From Oculina patagonica (taxonomy: Eukaryota), in the NCBI RefSeq assembly GCF_052425735.1, contig NC_135768.1, positions 18,910,001 to 18,974,000 on the forward strand: a stretch of 64,000 nucleotides of DNA, given 5' to 3'. Shown in pieces: positions 35,517 to 49,000 of the stretch (position 1 is the first letter of the stretch; the number at the start of each line of letters is the position of its first letter). The position numbers and the translations under genes were made by a program. Under the pieces are notes generated by a model. That model saw only the letters and a list, made by a program, of their open reading frames with translations. It was not told the DNA's origin and searched no databases.

Positions 35517-36775
35517 GAGAACCCTGTTGCTTTTATCGTCAAAGCTGCACAGCATTTCTCTTCATCGTAACATTGTTGTATGTTTATTATTTTTCGTGCT
35601 ACATGAGACATGAACTGCGAACTCCGTACCGCCCTCCTCATCCCCAATCTACTCACCTGCGCTGTCGAGGCGCGTTTAAAACACTGGCGCAAGGGAACTG
35701 GGTGCCAAGAAACGTCAGTGATGAAGTTGTACGAAGCAGAAAGAGACTGGATATTATGCTGCGCGAACGAAAGGGCTGGCCCGATCGCTTATTTCACGGA
35801 GATCTTCGTTGCGGGCCATTATTTCCGCTTCCGCGTAAAATAAGGAACCCTAGCAGACCTTATGTGTTAGATATACAATCACAGTGCGATACGGATAGTG
35901 ATAATTACTGTTGCCATGGTAACACGGGCTGGTGTGGTCATGGTGACAAATTTTGCGATTGTCCCAGTTGCATAAATTACAAGTCATTCATCTCCGCTGA
36001 GCTTGCGCAGTGGCGGCCACACAACGGATGTCATGTTAAGAACTTCACGCAATCTTCGGCGTGTGAGTCGATGTCACGCGGGATAAGTAGCGTGACTTTT
36101 GTGGGTGATTCTCTTGTGCGACATTTCTTTTCGGCAATGGTGATACTCTTGACAAACGATCCGCTATATGGCGCATTAAAGTTCACAACTCCGACCAAGA
36201 TGCGTGACATCTGCAAAGGTGACAGTCAATTCGTGGACAGTATCTGTCACGTGCACACCGCCATGACGTGGCGTGACATTATGGACAAACCAAACTTCTG
36301 CGATGGCTGGGCAAGATTTCAAATGTCTTACGTTAAAGCCTACAAAGTGGAGACGGCAGGGCTAGCCCTTCTTGCAATCAAAAAACTCTTAAACAAAGTT
36401 GGTTCTATCGTCCTAATGGGAATCGGAATTCACAACAACTTTAATGCGTCAGCGGTTATCAAATTATACCTTGAGCCCGCAGTGCAACTGGTTTCGACGT
36501 CCAAAAATGGTTGGCCGCACCTTATTTGGTTATCAACCCACTCGATGGGCCCCTTGAAGCCAATCAACTATCACCGTGACCAGGGTAACCCAGCAATATT
36601 GTCGTTCAATAACAACTTATCAAAATACTGCAATCAGCACAACATAACGTTATTTGATACTTTCAACATGACGATGGGTGTTCACAGTTTTGACGGTACA
36701 CACTTCGGAGTTGGTGTAAATACCATGAAAGTGCAAATCCTCTTGAACTATTTAGAGGAAAACTTTCTAAGATGA
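35517..36775 (+). CDS. Membrane-anchored protein with a hevein/chitin-binding-type-1-like Cys module and an SGNH (GDSL/PC-esterase-like) domain; first exon unresolved
   Basis: Acceptor ttttctgtttgtag ends at 35516; TM AFLFIVTLLYVYYF; RCGP...QCD...YCC...GWCG....CDC..C (about 35810-35980); FVGDSLVRH, GIGIHN and DGTH catalytic-type motifs. Confidence 0.8.
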
Positions 36776-38733
36776 CAAACAAGAACGAAAAAAACGATTT
36801 TATTAACTTGTAGCTTTTCCCCACCCCACCCATGGCGAATTACAGAGTGTTGACCACACCCGTACGGCAAACTTCCCCGCGTCCCTCTACTCCCCTAGTC
36901 TCCTTCACCGTTGTCACAGGAGGGCTTGTCACGCAACGGAGAAGCGTTGCGTGACTACCAAAATAAACGGACAACTACTCCCCTCTCTTGGAATATTGCA
37001 AAGTGTCTCTTGCTGTTCCTTAGAAGGAGAATTTTTACTTCGATGCAACACAAACCGTTAGAAAATGGTTTAACTACGACATAACTTCTAACTTAAAAAT
37101 ATTATATTATAAAAAATAAAAGCTTGAATGCAAGAGACCACACAACGCAGACCAAACTGCAGCATAAATCTCCTACGACAGAGATACTAGTATATAGACT
37201 AGGCGTCACTTTAAGGCACAAACAAAAAATTTTAAATGTGATGTTTGTGGCGCAACATAATGAAGTAACAATCAATAACAGCTTTTAAAATTGGAATAAA
37301 AACTTTAAAAACCATAAATGGCGACATACGACATAGGTTTCTCTCAATTTCTGAAAAGAACGGATGAATACTGTCAAGAGAGTGACATAGAGTCGTCTCT
37401 TAATGCTTTGTACGCTATTTCTCGGGTTTTAAGATGGCTTTATCATGCTACTTGAAAAATCAGATGTATCCGAAGCAAGTTTGGTAAACAAGACCATGAT
37501 GATAAAACCCATATTCGCAGGACAATGTTACAGGAAAACTGATAGAACTTTACACTTTGCTCAATAACAGCAACATTGTGTGTAATTGGATATCGTATCA
37601 ACACTTCACTGTTTTCTCTGTAAATAACGAAGCTCTATGTATAGTAATAATTTTGTAAAATTAAAAAAAAGGCAAATAACTTCTGAACTGAAAAATAAAA
37701 AGACAGCTATTTTTTCGTTATCGCTCTCTTGCACAGTTTCGCAGGGTTTTTTTTTTTTTGGGGGGGGGGGGGGTCAAAAAGTAATTTGACTATGTTCTTG
37801 AGTCTAAAACTGTTTTGAAGATTTTCAAAAATATTTTTGAAAAATTGTTAAAAACGCTACTTTCCTAACAAATCTGCATCTCAAATATATTCAGCCAACT
37901 GCTTTTCTCAGCAATCTGAGTTCACAGATTGGACTTCGAAATAAAAAAAAAACGTCAACTGGTCTTTATTGCCGATGCAACTTGTCACGCAAGAAAATCT
38001 TATCTGGCACTGTATTTTTATAGAACATAATTTATTTCATTTCTTTTTGTCCCTGTAGACATAAAAGATCTTGTACATACCGTATTTGTGTCAAACAATA
38101 AATAAATTAATAAAACCTTTCATTTACAAATACCATATTACAAACCATGACAAACCATGGAGCGATTAGTTCCTAGCATCTTAGCCAGGGTATCAGTATG
38201 AAGGTTATCCTTTTCCTAGGTATTATTCTGCGATGGATTAAAATTCCATCCTTTTGAATAGGAGCAATTGTAAGTTGTTATTGTAAGTTTCATGCTACAA
38301 AAACTTGCAAAGCATCAACAGTAACCAGGCTAAGAACAGACTTAATTACCTTGTTAGTGATGGCAGACATTACATCTCAAATGTCTAATAGTTTTCTATT
38401 TAACAATAGCAGAATTCATATAGCCTAGCACTTATAAAACAGTGGGCAGGTCAAGGAAGCAGTTCATAAGACGTCTTTGCCCTTGCTAAGCTGTCCCTCT
38501 TTTTTGAGATGTAGTACTTTCTAGATCAAATATGCCAATGTTGAAAGCGTCGCTTCATCTCACATGACCACCAGTTTTCAAGTCTTGATTCCAAATTGAT
38601 GTAAGACAAGGATCTTCAAGACTCTGCCAGTAACTTAATACTGATCTTTCCATATTTGTACAATTCCTGTAGCTCTTGAATATCAGTATTGTAAAGAATG
38701 AAAGATCACTGACCACATATTCTGGTAATGATG

Positions 38734-41700
38734 TCATAGCATTGTAAGTATCTGATCAACTGCTGCCGAGAAATCCTTACAGACGGCAAATGGAGCTTTC
38801 TCCAGGCGATGTTCATCCCCATCTCGGTATTTACCTAAAATATCAATTGCAATTCAGTAATCAAAAATAAAACAGTAGTGGATTTTGGTTGTATTTTTCA
38901 AATCATATATTCAAAAAATTAATTATAACTCACCTGTTTGTACAAGAAATCCTTTGATTCCAATAGCTTCTGCTCCACCAATGTCATCTCTTGCATCCTG
39001 TTGATACAAAATGGTTTATAAATCTACACTGATAGTAAAAGTGTAGCAGTACAGTTACCTCCTATGCAGATGCTCTCTGTGTCACTTGTTCGTAATCTCT
39101 CCTTCCCTAGGCATTTTCAATGGGCACATGCCTTATCTCTACTAGCTCACGATCAAGAAGATTTGCCACCACTTCAGGCAGCCTCACTCCCAATCCCTAG
39201 AAAACTTTTTCCTTTCTCCACAAACCTCTTTCGAGTTCAAATGCAAAACAGTGCTTGCACAATCAAATTGGCCTTGCTCACTAAAAGCAGCATTAAGCTA
39301 CCTTATTGTTACTTATTTTCGCGGGACCTAATTTTCGCGATTTTCACGATTTTAAAAAATCGCGAAATTAAAGACCTGCAAAAAAGGTTCTCGCGAAAAA
39401 TAACGACGCAAACTTTAATACCCTTCTATATAACTTGTTATGACTAATCAACGTTGCCGTCAGTTTACTACATAATTATCTTGGTACAGTCATCAAAAAA
39501 GCTCTGCTTTGAAACATGCCAAACTGTTTTAAGTTTTTAAGTTTCGTTTTGTTATATGGTTTTGTTCAGTGTCATTGGAAACAATTGCTGTGAAAAAATT
39601 AAAATCAGTTGTGCAATTTTGAGACTTACTGTTTGTTAATGCAGACCAGTATTTTGACAATTTTCGCGAAATTTAGTTCCTTTGATCGTACTTTTTTGGC
39701 CAAATCGGGAAATTTAAGTCCCGCGAAATATGCCCGTTCCATTTACGTGAAATTAAGTTCCCGCGAAAATAAGTAACGATAAGGTACAAACAAAGACATC
39801 AACAGAAATGCTTCATAGGCAGATCAGAGGGGAGAGGTTTAAGGGAATTGCACTCCCCATGGGAAGTGGTTTGTCCTTGTCGCCCCTTTAAAAAATATCC
39901 CTGTGTATCTAAAAAGCTCAGTAACTAACAGGGGACCAGCATTCATACTTGAATCAGAAAAGCTTAAGAAAGACATCTCAGACTTGACTTACATCCCCAA
40001 TCATGACTGCAGATTGTGCATCACATCCCATTTCTTTCAATGCCTGCTGGAAGAAGGATGCCTGTGGTTTACCAACAACTTCAGCTTTGACATCTGTTGC
40101 ATATTCAAGGGCAGTTACAAAGGGGCCTGGGCCTAGTGCCAGTCCATCTCCTCTTTTGTAGTACCGCACTTTGTGAATTGCAATTAGAGGGCAACCTTCT
40201 AGCAAAAGCCTGGAAAGCATGAGATTATTAAGTTAATTGCTTGTATCATTGCAAATGGCATAGAATGATGCCTTGCAATGGTTAGTCAGTCAGTCTATCC
40301 ATCCATCCATCTGTCTGTCCATCTGTAAGTCTGTCTGTCTGTCTGTCTGTCAGTGAGTGAGTGAGTAAGCCAGTGAGTGGATGAGTGACTCAGTCAGTCA
40401 GTCAGTAACAGGAGGTTTCAGAACCAATCAAGTTCGCACTTAGCCTCCCGCACAGTCCTTCTTAGGAGTGATCATGTTACACTCCTCCCCTTCTTGTGGG
40501 GAGAAGTGTAACACGATCGCCCCTAAGAACGACTGCGTGGGAGGCTAGTTCGCACCATCTGAGAGCTTGCACCCATCTTCAGAGTATACTTGTTGTGTTT
40601 GCTCCCAAATATGACCGTCAGTTCAATCAAATGTACTACCTAGAATATTTCTTGTTATTTTAGTGTGAGCAAAGTGTGACTATGTTAGCGATAGGTAGGT
40701 TCGAATGCCAAAAAGGTGGGTGAGAACTTGGACAGTGCGAACTGGGTTGGGAGAAAAACCTCCATCCTCCAGTCAGTCAATCAATCAGTCTCTGGGCCTC
40801 TTAACATGAGAGCCAAGATGAGTATTGTCCCGGGATGAATTTCGTCCCGCGATGAAAAAAGTTTCATTTTACATGGGTGTGTTCATCCCAGGATGCCGGG
40901 ACGTAAGTTGTCCCGCCCGAGTTGATTTCATCTTGCCTGTACTAACATTGCATTACATTTCATCCCGGAAAGACTGTTTACATGGCGTTTTTCGTCACGT
41001 TTCATCCCAGGATGACATTTCATCCCGGTGCTCCGGACGGGGATGAAATTGTGCCGCGATAAGTTCATCCTGGGACGAAATCATGTAGACAGCAACAAGA
41101 AAATGACCAGACACTGATTTGAATTCATCCCAGGACAAAAGTCACCCGGGACTAAAACCCTCTTGTAAAGAGGCCCTCTGTCAGTTAGTCAGATGGGTGC
41201 GGGGTTATTAGATAAATTCAAATTTGATTAAAACTTCAGATACTCATACAGGTTGACAGGTCCTTTACCTAAAGGCCTTGTTAAGCAACTCATAATTGAA
41301 GCAATCAGGTGCAAGTCCTACAACTACAGCATTAGGATTGTTGACATCAACACCATTAAAATCCTCGATCGCGTCTTCTTGCAACAATAACATTGGACGA
41401 AGGTTTCTCTGATCAACCAATCGACGAGCTGCGGTAAGCGAAGTAAAAACTTCCTCTGCCTTGATATCGAATCCTATGCCAGTCAAACGTCTCAATAACG
41501 TCTCTTTTGATTCTTTTGTAGTGTTGGTAACAAATCGCACAGAAACTCCTGTTTCACGAAGTCTGCGAAAAAGACAAAATCGCGTGAATTTGAAAGAACA
41601 TTTCAATTAGGATCTGCAATCAGATTTCCAAATTACAACTCCTAAATGACTCTAAAAAACTATGGCACCAATATACCTTTTTAGGGCGTGGATAGAACCA

Positions 41701-41771
41701 GGAATTACTGTATTTTCAACGTGAATTGTACCGCTAAGATCAACAAGAACTCCACGTATTTTTGCCGCCAT
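38734..41771 (-). CDS. HDHD2: Haloacid dehalogenase-like hydrolase domain-containing protein 2, 256 aa
   Basis: Exons 41771-41677 ([17 protein letters not shown]), 41562-41269 (FVTNTTKES), 40209-39993 ([17 protein letters not shown]...GKP...MIGD), 38997-38934 and 38834-38734 (GKYR); all phases consistent. Confidence 0.95.
39301..39784. mobile_element. Tc1/mariner-type MITE in HDHD2 intron 3
   Basis: TIR ccttattgttacttattttcgcggga / tcccgcgaaaataagtaacgataagg; TA flanks. Confidence 0.8.
40283..40406. repeat. Compound tetranucleotide microsatellite (TCAG/CCAT/TCTG/GAGT)
   Basis: Directly visible runs in HDHD2 intron 2. Confidence 0.85.
40441..40547. mobile_element. MITE TAGCCTCCC...GGGAGGCTA with 9-bp TSD
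   Basis: Flanks gttcgcact / gttcgcacc; same family as 60850-60929. Confidence 0.85.
40794..41176. mobile_element. Harbinger-like MITE with internal ttcatcccgg repeats
   Basis: gggcctctt.aca.gag / ctcttgtaaagaggccc ends; 3-bp TCT TSD. Confidence 0.7.
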
Positions 41772-42140
41772 TTTGTATTTGGACGTGTGTTTGCTGACCA
41801 TTTGCGGGCGTTAATTTGGGAACTGGTGTCCAGTCTCTCAGCCATTCCCAGGCTACTCTTACCTTCCATTCATTTCCAGAAAGGCGAATGTTGTGAAAAT
41901 GGAAGCATTTTGAGCAGGGAACACCTGACTATTGAATGTCGTAGTATTGTGCAGATTTTAAAGTGAATATTAAACTATGCCAAATGTTGATTTTAAAATT
42001 AAATGTTCGCTTTATTGAACTTGAAAATTACAAAGATGTATTTTAATAGAAATCAGAAACAAATGGAAAATAAAACAAAAAGAAACAAAAAAAGCAAAGC
42101 AAACTGAAAAAAAAAAACAAATTATTCAAGACTTGAGTCA

Positions 42141-42356
42141 TATTTCGGAATAGAAATGAGCGACAGAAATTTTACACAATGTTTTGATGTCGTCATGACA
42201 TCATTTTCATGTGACAAGAAAATAACGGTTCAACAGTGTTATATATGCGGTGAGAGGTGTGATTTTTCATTAATGTTATTTTGTCACTTAAAAATGACGT
42301 CAAGACGACATCGAAACATTGTGTAAAATTTCTTTCGCTCATTTTTATTCTGAAAT
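42141..42356. mobile_element. Small TIR element
   Basis: About 65-bp imperfect inverted repeat gaaatgagcgacagaaattttacacaatgtt / aacattgtgtaaaatttctttcgctcattt. Confidence 0.65.
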
Positions 42357-42489
42357 GTTTATCAAAATTTAATCTCACTTGAGTCATACTTTTCAAATGT
42401 GATACCAGAAAATATCCATACCCATGCACCCTTTTAGAGGGTCACTGGAAATTTCAGTGGAGACGGGGTCTTGAAGGCCAAAACATTTA

Positions 42490-43428
42490 CAGTGCGACTA
42501 CTCGAACCGGGGCACCCTGAACAAAATTAACCAATCACAGTGTTAATTGAAAACAAAGGATAGGGACATTTTTTTGCAACGGACCAATAACGTTCCAGAA
42601 CGTAAACAAAAGATTACCTACAAAATTTGAAGTGTCAAAAACGTTACAAACAGATGCGGACCTCTCAGGAAACTTGCCTTGTTTTTGATTGGTTAGTTTT
42701 GATCCTTAATTTCAATGGAGTTCTCGCGATTACATTTATAAAAAAGCTTACGAATCAAACCATGAATCGTGAAATTTTGTTCACGGCCAGGAGGTGTGAA
42801 TTGAAGATTCCACGCTGTGTTTACTAGTTTCACTCCAAAATGAAGACCGTGAAATCAAAATCATGCCGTAATTATTTTTTATTTCGCTCCGTCTGTTGCC
42901 GTGAAATTGATGCGAGTCACCATGTGAAATGTAAACATTACGTCGAATAATGTTGCGTGTTCACGGACTCATTTTCTGTTAGTTAGTGCTCACAACATGC
43001 AATTCCATCCCATTTACGCGTCGTCGCTTGTCGTGAATAAAAACGTTCTTCATTATTCTTTACTGTGCTTATCACCAACGAAGAGCGATTTAATTTTATT
43101 AGAAAATTTCCTCTGAATAAGTTTTTTAGCCTGTGAATGAAGACTTTTGATCACAGTTTTTGATCGAATAATAAAACGAGCGCTGAAATTCGGTACACTC
43201 AGTGAAAATTTAGGATCGAAGCTAACCAATCAAAAACAAGGCAAGTTTCCTGAGAGGTCCGCATCTGTTTGTAACGTTGTTCACACTTCAAATTTTGTAG
43301 GTAATCTTTTGTTTACGTTCTGGAACGTTATTGGTCCGTTGCAAAAAAATGTCCCTATCCTTTGTTTTCAATTAACACTGTGATTGGTTAATTTTGTTCA
43401 GGGTGCCCCGGTTCGAGTAGTCGCACTG
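42490..43428. mobile_element. Non-autonomous Tc1/mariner(pogo)-type element, 939 bp, with about 215-bp TIRs
   Basis: CAGTGCGACTACTCG...CGAGTAGTCGCACTG ends, TA TSD, near-perfect long TIRs, no transposase ORF. Confidence 0.9.
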
Positions 43429-44727
43429 TAAAGGGAATTATGAAGTTAAACAATAATATTTTCCAAGAAAAGGGGGGAACCTCATCCTCCTGGAAAAACA
43501 TTTCAAAGGGGTGCAAGAACTGGGAGAAGAATTTAGCATCAACGGGTAACTTGGAATTTGAAGGTTTGGTTATGGGGTTAAAAAAGACCTTTATACGTAA
43601 TAATGTTTTAGCCCAAGGACTCAGGATTTACATTTGTTAATAGAAAAGAAAGAGTCTGACACTGCAAAACAATAGCAGAAGTTAAAATCATGGCTTTTAA
43701 AACCTTTATTGTGTACATTTCAAACTTATTTATATCAATAAATTAAATCCCTAATAAAAAAAAATATTTTACAAACTTTTTTTCACGTTTTTTTACAAAA
43801 TACAATGTTGTTATAAAGCAGCTTTCAAAATTCCCCAAATGTCCTGCAAGGGTCATGTATAAGATCAAAGAATAATAGTTAAAGGTATTTCATTGTAATG
43901 GACAAATAAAAGAAAGCTTAGCTTTCATATATCATTCCCTAAATTAAGTCATTGCTAAAAACAATAATCTTGCAGGGTAACAGATGATGTAACATGTACA
44001 ATTTCTCCAATTATGATACAATAAATTATAATTTTAAAAAATCCTAACTGCCCTTTATGTAGATCAAAAAGTAAAATGTTAGACTAATAAAATGACATCA
44101 TTTAATTAAGTTATAAATCAAATTACAGAGCAGAGACTTGAAATGTGAGCGAAAAAATGACACATGACAGTATTGAAAACGAGCATATCAAAAAAATGAA
44201 ACGTAAAACTGCAAGGCTGATCGAACTGCGTAGAAAACTTAATGCGGCAGAGACATGATAGAGACCAATCCGAGAGTCAAGAATGCATAACTGTAGACAG
44301 CTGTTTCGGACTCTTTAGTCCTGGTCAGTACAGTATAATATGCCACAGAGAACAGAATGTGCAGCCAATGCGAGTCAACTGCTACAATCCTTGTGCGCCC
44401 TCTGCTCGTGGTAATGACACCAGATAAGGTCTCAAATTCGAAATGACTGTCCATGTTACAGCGTGTGACTGCAAACAATGAACAAAGAACATTTGAAAAT
44501 ATCAGGTCTCTGTCACATTAAGATAAGGAGGGGCAAAACTATCCGTAAAATAACATGGCAAGTAAAAAGTGTTGTTTTGAATCATGGCTGTGATTGGTTA
44601 CTTGTACAAAAATGGTAGGTAGCAATAATGCAAAAAATCTTTCTCCTCACACTTCAATTAAGTGTTCACCCTGTAGCTAAGTTAGATAATAGATATTTTT
44701 CAAAGACACTAAACATCAAGCATCAAG

Positions 44728-45065
44728 GGTCTGCAATATGTGCAGAGAGCTATGTAGCTGTTGCCCTCTGCACACATTGCAGACCTTTCATACTAGCATT
44801 GTATGCATGCAATGTGCGCAGAGAGCTATGTAGCTGTTGCTCATGCACACATTGTAGACCTATCATACTAGTGTTATAGGCATGCAATGTGAGCAGAGGG
44901 CTATGTAGCTGTTGCCCTATGCATGCATTGCAGACCTTTCATACTAGTGTTGTATGCATGCAATGTGTGCAGAGAGCTATGCAGCTGTTGCCCTATGCAC
45001 ACATTGCAGACCTTTCAATTCGTACTAGTGTTGTAGGCATGCAATGTGTGCACATAGCTATATAG
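44728..45065. repeat. Minisatellite, about 76-bp hairpin-forming unit, about 4.3 copies
   Basis: Unit starts at about 44733, 44809, 44884, 44960 and 45041; internal inverted gcaatgtgtgca / tgcacacattgc. Confidence 0.85.
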
Positions 45066-45090
45066 CCATAGAACTTTGTACATATACCTG

Positions 45091-45364
45091 ATTGAAGAAA
45101 CATTGACCCGTGAAAAGCACAAACCATGAACGATTAGACCGAATGGGATTCTGGGTAGACAGCATTGGTGAACTTAGTAATGTTCAATTTATTTATAATC
45201 AAGGCATTTTTTCTTTGAGAGTTTTGAAAGCATGATTTGTGCAACCTGTCTTATTATTATGTTCATTCTGTCACAGAAGACGATTACTTTTTTCAATTTC
45301 CCAGTAAACATTTGGGTCGCATTGTTTATCGTTTATGCTTTTAACGGGTCAACGTTTCTTCAAT
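45091..45364. mobile_element. TIR element at the edge of the minisatellite
   Basis: attgaagaaacattgacccgt / acgggtcaacgtttcttcaat; the satellite unit resumes at about 45361. Confidence 0.75.
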
Positions 45365-45802
45365 GTGTGCAGAGAGCAATATAGCTGTTGTTAGAAATTT
45401 ATTTGTACCAAATTTAGTGTGCATGGCTCCTTTGACTAGACCACTCTGACAGCAAAAGCCAATTGTGTTCAAGAAAAAAAGGCAACTGAAAAAATGCCAC
45501 CTTTTCCCAAATTAAACAGTATTAAAGCCAATCAGTGATGAATTTATTACAATAACATTTAAACATGAGTTCAAGTAGTTTAAACCAATCTTATTGGTTG
45601 TCCTGTAATGCTGATTATCTAGGTTCCTCGACCCTATTACATACTGTATTTCCTTGATTAAGCCCCCACCTCCCCCTGCTCCATCAAATAAATGTTCCCA
45701 TAGAATCATGAAGTTGAATGTTCTTGCTAAAAATAAAATAATTTTATATTAAAAAGAGCTGGTGCAGTCATGGAAATTAACAAGGAAAACCCAAAACTTG
45801 AA

Positions 45803-45992
45803 ATGTGTTGTTCCAGAAAATATCCATACCCCTCCCATGGAAGGTTTTTGGTTTGAATCCCCTCACCCCTATGGAAATTCCAGTTATGCTCCAAACTTTC
45901 TTTGAAAAATTTTGCCTTTCAAGACTTCCCACCCCCACCGAATTTCCAATGACCTTCCATGGGGTGGGCATGGAAATTTTCTGGAACTGCAT
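45803..45992. mobile_element. MITE (gttccagaaaat family)
   Basis: gttccagaaaatatccataccc / gggcatggaaattttctggaac; a decayed relative lies at about 42400-43470, around the mariner insert. Confidence 0.75.
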
Positions 45993-46090
45993 AATAAGTG
46001 CCCAGCAGGTGCTTAATCAAGGAAATATGGTATTATTACACAGAAAATGATTTGTTCTTCACTAGCTATCTTACAACAGTTATGTAATCT

Positions 46091-49000
46091 TTAGTTCTTT
46101 GAAGCAGTTGGCATTCCTTCCTGAAGAATACTGGACAGTAAAGTTTTGTCTTGAAGTGCATAGTCAACCTCTTTCTCTTCTATTTTAAGTGTCACCTGGA
46201 GGTGAAAAGAAGAAAATTAATAAGAATTATTTCTTCCCTGTTGCCTTTAACTTCTAGTATGCAGTTGATGAACTCATGGCAACTTTTTCCTCCAAAGACA
46301 AATTTTTACCCACTAAAATGCCTTTTTTTGTTGAGGCAAGGAATTAAATGGTCTGGATAAGCTGATAAAAACTTTCGGAATTACGGGACTGAAGGAAAAT
46401 TTTAGCTGGGATGGTGGAATCCAGAAACCCTATTGGGCACCCTCGTTTATAGCACTTCTGTTTTTTTAATGGATCGATACTGTGTGCAGTTTGTACCCAC
46501 TCCATATTCGGTTAAAAGTTAAATAATGGTATCAGACAATTCCCAAAAATGAACACACTATAAACATCTTGGGTTACCATAGTAATAAAATATAACCTGT
46601 CAAACACACCCTTAATTCAAGTTTTAAGTGATTTTTCATCCTCTGGAGAGGGGGTGAGGGCAGTTAAAAACCACCTTTAAATTTAATGTTTCAAAAATTT
46701 GATGAATTTCTAACTTACCTTCATTGATCTTGTGTCCTTAGCTCTCTTGATGCCAAGAAGTCCTCTGGCCTCAAGAATATTACAAAGTCCAAGAAAATCT
46801 TCCTGACCAAGCTGAGAAACTTTTCTTCTGGTGCATATTTTACAGTATGTATCATGAAACTGCAAAGAAAATGCATTTCCACACGGTTAGTTTCCATTTA
46901 AAGTGTCATAGGCCTACAATGTGTGCAAAATATTTAACATCATAGGTCTTCAATGTGTGCAGAGTATCAAGTGTCATAGGTTTGCAATGTGTGCAAAGTA
47001 CTCAGTATATAAGTCTGCAATGTGTGCAGAGTATCAAGAATCATAGGTCTGCAATGTGTGCAGAGTATCAAGAATCATAGGTCTGCAATGTGTGCAGAGT
47101 ATCAAGTATCATAGGTTTGCAATGTGTGCAGAGTATCAAGAATCATAGGTCTGCAATGTGTGCAGAGTATCTAGGAACAACGGTCTGCAATGTGTGCAGA
47201 GTATCTAGTATCAGTTCTGCAATGTGTGCAGAGTTTCAAGTATTATAGGTCTGCAATGTGTGCAGAGTACCAAGTATCATAGGATTGCAATGTGTGCAAA
47301 GTATTCAGTATCATAGTTGTGCAAAGCATCCAGAGTATCTGATATCCTAGGACTGCAATGTGTACAAAGAGATAGGTAATTTTTGCCAAACTCAAAATCA
47401 AATCATTTTCCTTTATTAATTACCTTTCCTAAAACAACCTCTTTGGTGTTCCTTTCTTTTGTCATTAACAGGAAGGTGCAAATAAGAAGTTTTTGTTGTA
47501 ATGGAATCGTGGGTTGTTCAACTCCTGGGCCAGCCACTAGACGAGATCCATAAACTTCTGCTACAACACTGGCAATTTGGGAGATTCCAACTTTTTTAGG
47601 CTTTGGAGGAGTTTCAAGTCTTTTGCAGGGAGATTCAGCTAATGAAAATGAAATATTTAAAAGTTAGTAAAAAAAATACATTTAAATTCTTCATAAATAA
47701 GTGAACACTAAATTGACACTACAGTAAAGATCTTAGTTATCTAATAAAATGAGAGTTTAGTAAAAATACGGCTGAATCAAAATTCCTTTAATTATTGAAT
47801 CACCTTTCTTCACTGGCTGCAAAATCTGTTGTTTTCTTTCTCCAGATTCTAAGACTTCTACTGCTCTCCTGGAAGATGATTTGAAAGATTTAACATCATC
47901 AGAGATCTCAGGTATTTTTAAAAGTTGACAGAAAATTTCATAATTTAAACACAATTTAATATTTGCATACCCTGATCACAAGCCAAAGTATGGTAAGTCT
48001 TTAAATTCTAGGAATCCACCCGGCCACCCAGATATCTCTATATATATACATGCATTAATTTTAACTGTAATCTTTAATTTCACAGATTGTCATGTCTCTT
48101 ATATCTCTGGTCTTGGAATCAAAACAGAAAATAAGTCCCAGTAATTTGGAATATGAAACTGGAAAAATTTTTCTGCCCCTGACCCCTACCCACAGTAATT
48201 TTGCACTCTCCCCAGTTTTCACTCCATTCATGAACCAAAATGGTGGCCCGTCGGACTCAGTGATTGACCTCTATAGCTTCACAGAAAAATAGGGGACTGT
48301 ATACAGTCTAGGAACTACCAAACCAAGAAAACTGTTACCGTAATTCGTCATTACCTGCAGATGTCTAAGGCTTTTCTCATGTCACCAGCCATGGCCGACA
48401 CCTTTCTTGCACAAAACTGTACAGCTGATGCATCAAGAACGCTACTTCCTGCTTCAACCTTGAAACAAAAATTAAGAATATTGTTATTGTTACCTACAAT
48501 TTAAAGAACCAAAACATGAATTTGACTATTGTTTGTGTTGTGTAGCAGCTGTCAAAAGACTCTTACATGAATGGCCCACTGTTCTTCAAGAGAATAATAG
48601 AACAAAAAACAGGAACAATGCCCCAAACCTCCAAAACAATAGCAATTACAACACTAGACAGCGAGTAGAATTTCAAGCTCACAAGAGCTGCTACACTACT
48701 GAATAGTTTACAGCCCTTTCACCTGCTGTCTATAAGAATCAAATGATTTTTTTTCCACCTCTCTCCCTTGTCACGTTTTTGTGTCCTTGTACCCCTCCCC
48801 TGCACTCCATAAGAGTTTAGAGAGGGAACTATTTTCTTGAACCCCATTTGCTGCCACCTTGTAAGGGGTTTGAGAATGGCTTTCAACTTACCAATGATAG
48901 TCTTGCCATATAACCCTGCACTCCATAAGAGTTAAGAGAGAGAACTCTTAATATTACTTGAATCCCATTTGCTGCCGCCTTGTAATGACCCAAATCTACG

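Noticed and set aside
35247-35555. Proline-rich or Gly/Lys-rich ORFs
   Set aside because: They arise from homopolymer runs that are probably sequencing noise.
44239-44478. Small ORFs or an extra CDC6 3'UTR exon
   Set aside because: An acceptor-like site exists near 44470, but there is no recognisable protein motif and no way to support it without transcripts.
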